Part shown: positions 60,831 to 64,000 of the stretch, in pieces
How positions within the stretch are numbered: position 1 is the first letter of the stretch
Layout of the letters: each line of letters begins with the position of its first letter
DNA from: Candidatus Methylomirabilota bacterium
GTDB lineage: Bacteria > Methylomirabilota > Methylomirabilia > Rokubacteriales > CSP1-6
Direction of reading: 5' to 3'
Assembly: GCA_046726415.1 (NCBI GenBank)
Contig: JBKPAK010000107.1
Span: forward strand, 1,997 to 65,996
DNA: 64,000 nt
Position numbers and translations under genes: made by a program
The notes under the pieces: model-generated
What the model saw: only the letters and a program-made list of their open reading frames with translations
Databases searched by the model: none
What the model was told of the DNA's origin: nothing

Positions 60831-60843
60831 CGCGCCGGCTATG

Positions 60844-61341
60844 TTACGAGTCGCGGAACGCCGGGGCGACGTGCTCGCCGAAGCGGCGCAGCGACGCCAT
60901 GGCTTTGTCGTGCGCGAGCCCGCCCCAGCTCGCCTGGCACATGACGTGGCCGAGGCCGACCTCGTGCAGCGCCGCGATCTGCTCGGCCACGCGCCGGGCA
61001 GTTCCGTAGAGAGCGCCGGTCTCGAGGACGAAACGCACGCCGTCGGAATGGGAGACCGCGGGGTCCATCCACGGATTGATGGCCGCGGCGTTCACCTTGA
61101 AGTCGGACGGGTTGTAGGCCTCGCGGACGTGATGCATGTGCTGGCGATAGTGGAGGGTCGCCTCGTGGACGTCGTCGTCGGCCTGGGCCTGGCTGTCAGC
61201 GACGTAGAGGAAGCGCCATACGGACGCCTCGCCAAGGAGACGGCGCTGCCGGGCGGCGTCGTGACCGCCGGCCTCGAGTCCCTCGCGGTAGCGCGCGAGG
61301 CGCTCGGAGATCCGCGCATTCGGCACGCGCGACATCATCAC
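60844..61341 (-). pseudogene. C-terminal half of an LLM-class oxidoreductase (165 aa)
   Basis: ...FVLETGALYGTARRVAEQIAALHEVGLGHVMCQASWGGLAHDKAMASLRRFGEHVAPAF is an LLM C-terminus; there is no N-terminal TIM-barrel half upstream. Confidence 0.45.
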
Positions 61342-61510
61342 GGGGATGCGACAAAGGCGCTGGGGTCGATGCGCTGAACGGCATCACGCGCACGGGCCGC
61401 TATCCCCCGCGCGTGGCAGAACTCAAGGCCGCGAAGCACTGACGACCAACGCGGCGCCAGTCGGGTCTCAGGGCGAACCACAGGGACCCGACCGGCGCCG
61501 CGCGGGCTCT

Positions 61511-62785
61511 TCAAAGCGGGACGGGCGCGGCGCGGCGATCCACGCACACGACGCCGCCCTTGAGGACGAGCTCGATCCGCTGGGGCTCGAGCAGCACCTT
61601 GACGTCGTCGAGGGGATTGCCGTCGACCACGATCAGGTCGGCGAGGCGCCAGGGCTCCAGGGTGCCAAGATCGCGATCGAGCCCCAGGCACTGCGCCGCC
61701 CACTGGGTGGCCGCCCGCAAGGCCTGCATGGGCGTGAGGCCCGCGTCCACCAGGTGAACCAGCTCGAGCGCGTTCTTCGGATGTCCGTGGCCTCCCGCGT
61801 CGGTGCCCGCCGCGATGGGCACGCCAAGCTCGAAGGCGCGCCGGACCGTGGCCACATGATGCTCGTAGAGCGCCAGCGCCCGGACGCGCACGTGAGCCGA
61901 AGCACTCTCGCGGTGATAGACGTAGACGGTGAGCGTGGGCACCAGAAAGACGCCGCGCGCGGCCATCTGCGCCATCAGCTCCGGCTCCTCGTCGAGGTAC
62001 GAGCCGTGCTCGATCGAGTCGACCCCCGCCAGCACGGCGGTGCGCAGGCCCGGGCCTCCAAGGGCGTGGCACATCACCCGGCGTCCGAGCGCATGTGACT
62101 CTGCGACCAGCGCCAGCATCTCTTCGCGCGAGAACGCCGCGTCCTTGGGCCCGTGCCCCGGGCGCGAGCTGGCGCCGCCGGTGGTCGCCGTCTTGATGAC
62201 GTCGGCGCCGGCGCGCACCATGGTGCGCACCACGTCGCGCACCGCATCCGGGCCATTGGCGACGCTCTCGGGCAAGAGGGGATCGAAGGCGCCGCAGCAG
62301 CCATGGCCCGACGGGCTCGCGCGATCGCCGATGCCGCCCGTCGGCGAGATGATCTGCAGCCCGAGCACGAGCCGCGGACCCGGGATGAGACCTTGTTCAA
62401 TGGCAATCCTGAATCCGGCGTCGAGCCCGCCGGCGTCACGCACTGTCGTGTACCCCATGGCGAGCGTGTCGGCCAGCACCCGTGCCGTGCGAAGGTGGGC
62501 CGTGCTGGCCGGCTCGTCGAGTCCCCAGCGCGTCGCGAGCCCATAGCCGTGCGACGCCAGATGGTCGTGGGCGTCGATGAGACCCGGGAGCAAGGTGCGG
62601 CCCCCGAGGTTCATCACGATGGCGTCGGCAGGCCAGGACGTGGCGTGGCGCGGGCCGGCAGCGGCAATCCGGTCGCCGTCGATGACCACCGCGGCATCGC
62701 GTATCGGCGCGCTGCCCGTGCCATCGATCAGCGTGGCTCCCGTGAGGACGCGCGTGATGGATCGGCTCTCGTGGGTCATAGTCAT
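61511..62785 (-). CDS. amidohydrolase-family metal-dependent hydrolase (imidazolonepropionase / prolidase-like subgroup)
   Basis: ...ATLIDGTGSAPIRDAAVVIDGDRIAAAG...LLPGLIDAHDHL... HxH motif. Confidence 0.8.
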   Translation of the reverse strand: MTMTHESRSITRVLTGATLIDGTGSAPIRDAAVVIDGDRIAAAGPRHATSWPADAIVMNLGGRTLLPGLIDAHDHLASHGYGLATRWGLDEPASTAHLRTARVLADTLAMGYTTVRDAGGLDAGFRIAIEQGLIPGPRLVLGLQIISPTGGIGDRASPSGHGCCGAFDPLLPESVANGPDAVRDVVRTMVRAGADVIKTATTGGASSRPGHGPKDAAFSREEMLALVAESHALGRRVMCHALGGPGLRTAVLAGVDSIEHGSYLDEEPELMAQMAARGVFLVPTLTVYVYHRESASAHVRVRALALYEHHVATVRRAFELGVPIAAGTDAGGHGHPKNALELVHLVDAGLTPMQALRAATQWAAQCLGLDRDLGTLEPWRLADLIVVDGNPLDDVKVLLEPQRIELVLKGGVVCVDRRAAPVPL

Positions 62786-63004
62786 TGCCCTCCGATGTCA
62801 CCTGCGCGTCGGCGGACACACCCCGGCGTCGACCAGGCGCTGGCCCTGCGATCACCGGCGTTCTACCGCGCCTCCTCGAAGATGGTAACCCGCAGGTCGC
62901 CGACGACGCGAGGGGCCGCGACGAACTCGCGCGGCAGTGACCTTGACGGCGGACCCATCTCCCACCCTGGCATCCAGGTGACACGAGGCTCGGGTCATGA
63001 TGTC

Positions 63005-63223
63005 ATGGTCATTAGGAACGTGACCATCACCCTCGACGAGGAGGTGGCCCGCGGGGCGAGGATTCGGGCCGCCGAGCGCAAAACGCGCGTCTCCTGCCTC
63101 GTCGGCGAGTTGCTGCGCGACACGATGCTCGAGGACACGACCTACGACGCAGCGATGCGCGCCCGCAAGCTCAGAAAGACGGGGACCAGGTCCTCCCGGC
63201 GCGCCGATCTCGATGGCCGGTGA
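63005..63223 (+). CDS. ribbon-helix-helix (CopG/FitA/VapB-like) antitoxin-type small protein, no adjacent toxin
   Basis: MVIRNVTITLDEEVARGARIRAAERKTRVSCLVGELLRD is the typical RHH N-terminus; 72 aa. Confidence 0.5.
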   Translation: MVIRNVTITLDEEVARGARIRAAERKTRVSCLVGELLRDTMLEDTTYDAAMRARKLRKTGTRSSRRADLDGR

Positions 63224-63349
63224 GACCCTCGTCGACCACAGGACGGTCTGGTGCTGGGGCGTCAACCCCTTTTGGGTGCCGCCTGAGACCCTGAAGGGGC
63301 GCCCAACCTCATTCGTCCGGCCGGGGCGCTGTGCGAAGGAGGCGGCACG

Positions 63350-64000
63350 GTGACGACGCGCGCGACGGGCGGTTTGATCGGTCACTCGATTCGCCGGCAG
63401 GAAGATCCGAGATTGCTGAGGGGACAGGGCGTCTATGTAGGCGACCTCGCGCTTCCTGGCCTTCTGCACCTGGCGGTGCTCAGAAGCCCACACGCCCATG
63501 CCCGCATCCAGAGGATCGACATCGCCGTCGCCGCGAAGGTCCCGGGCGTGGTGTCGGTGCTCGGGGTGCTCGACGTCGAGGGGCTGGGCGAACTGCCCGT
63601 GCTCACGCGTCCACCCGGACAGCGGCACACGGGGTTTCCGATCCTTCCCGCCGACACCGTGCTCTACGTCGGACAGCCGGTGGCCGCCGTGGTGGCCGAA
63701 AACCGCTACGTAGCCGAGGACGCGCTGGAGCGGATGGTGGTCGAGTACACGCCGCTGCCCGCCGTCACCGATCCCGACCAGGCGTTGGCCGCGGATGCCC
63801 CGCGCTTGCACGGGCAGTGGCCCGACAATGTCGCCGTCTCGCGCGACATCGAGACTGGCGATCCCCACCGCGTCTTTGCCTCCGCCCATACCATCGTGGA
63901 GGTGACCTTCACCTTGCCACGGCAGACGGCGGCGCCGCTGGAGGGACGGGTCGCGTGCGCGTCATTCGACCAGGCCACCGGCGAGCTTACCGTGTGGGCG
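63350..64000 (+). CDS. xanthine-dehydrogenase/CoxL-family molybdopterin-binding subunit, N-terminal part (continues past window end)
   Basis: GTG 63350 preceded by RBS GAAGGAGG; VTTRATGGLIGHSIRRQEDPRLLRGQGVYVGDL... is the typical CoxL/aldehyde-oxidase N-terminus. Confidence 0.75.
   Translation, partial: MTTRATGGLIGHSIRRQEDPRLLRGQGVYVGDLALPGLLHLAVLRSPHAHARIQRIDIAVAAKVPGVVSVLGVLDVEGLGELPVLTRPPGQRHTGFPILPADTVLYVGQPVAAVVAENRYVAEDALERMVVEYTPLPAVTDPDQALAADAPRLHGQWPDNVAVSRDIETGDPHRVFASAHTIVEVTFTLPRQTAAPLEGRVACASFDQATGELTVWA

Noticed and set aside
62153-63004. Upstream part of the 356-aa plus-strand ORF preceding the RHH-like segment
   Set aside because: Antisense to the amidohydrolase 61511-62785. 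Only the final 72 codons (63005-63223) have an independent ATG and an RHH-like sequence.
1-64000. CRISPR arrays, tRNA/rRNA genes, transposases/integrases
   Set aside because: No regularly spaced short repeats, no cloverleaf-like or rRNA-like segments and no DDE or tyrosine-recombinase-like ORFs were recognised by eye. The only repeats found are the 2x30-bp tandem and the 46-nt dispersed pair.

Overview
This is a high-GC (about 68-70%) bacterial chromosomal segment with dense coding on both strands, few real intergenic gaps, and many long spurious antisense ORFs typical of GC-rich DNA. Tat signal peptides and several F420/LLM-type oxidoreductases suggest an actinobacterial, Chloroflexi or Rokubacteria-like soil organism, but that is inference only. 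The content is mostly catabolic. A complete peptide-type ABC importer has two permeases, a substrate-binding protein (SBP) and two ATPases (3785-9459). A second family-5 SBP stands alone (15389-17083). A minus-strand operon runs cupin-SBP-permease-permease-SDR-HyuA-HyuB (29820 down to 21077) with no ATPase genes. Next to it, also on the minus strand, sit amidohydrolase, F420 LLM, dihydropyrimidinase-like, SelA-like PLP-enzyme and asparaginase genes (30004-35731). Together these look like a cyclic-amide / hydantoin-type utilisation island. Elsewhere: Rieske oxygenase, two amidohydrolase-2 paralogues, HadAB-like hotdog pair, aminotransferase, AraC regulator, SRPBCC, DinB, two paralogous MFS, TPP enzyme, GMC and Gfo/Idh/MocA oxidoreductases, MBL hydrolase, tandem CE7 esterases, tandem-VOC protein, DUF1624-like membrane protein, an RHH antitoxin-like ORF and a partial CoxL-type molybdenum hydroxylase at the window end. 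The most unusual signal is two zones of gene decay and rearrangement (about 40.4-49.2 kb and 57.8-61.4 kb). They hold a LivF-CoxL deletion-fusion scar, a LivG fragment, a beta-carbonic anhydrase with three frameshifts, rearranged TRAP DctP/DctQ pieces, a frameshifted serine hydrolase, and TPP-enzyme, kynureninase and LLM fragments. Also notable are a low-GC islet encoding a Cys-rich secreted protein with foreign codon usage, a 46-nt repeat shared by two unrelated genes, and a 2x30-bp tandem direct repeat upstream of the ABC operon. No rRNA, tRNA, CRISPR array or transposase was recognised.
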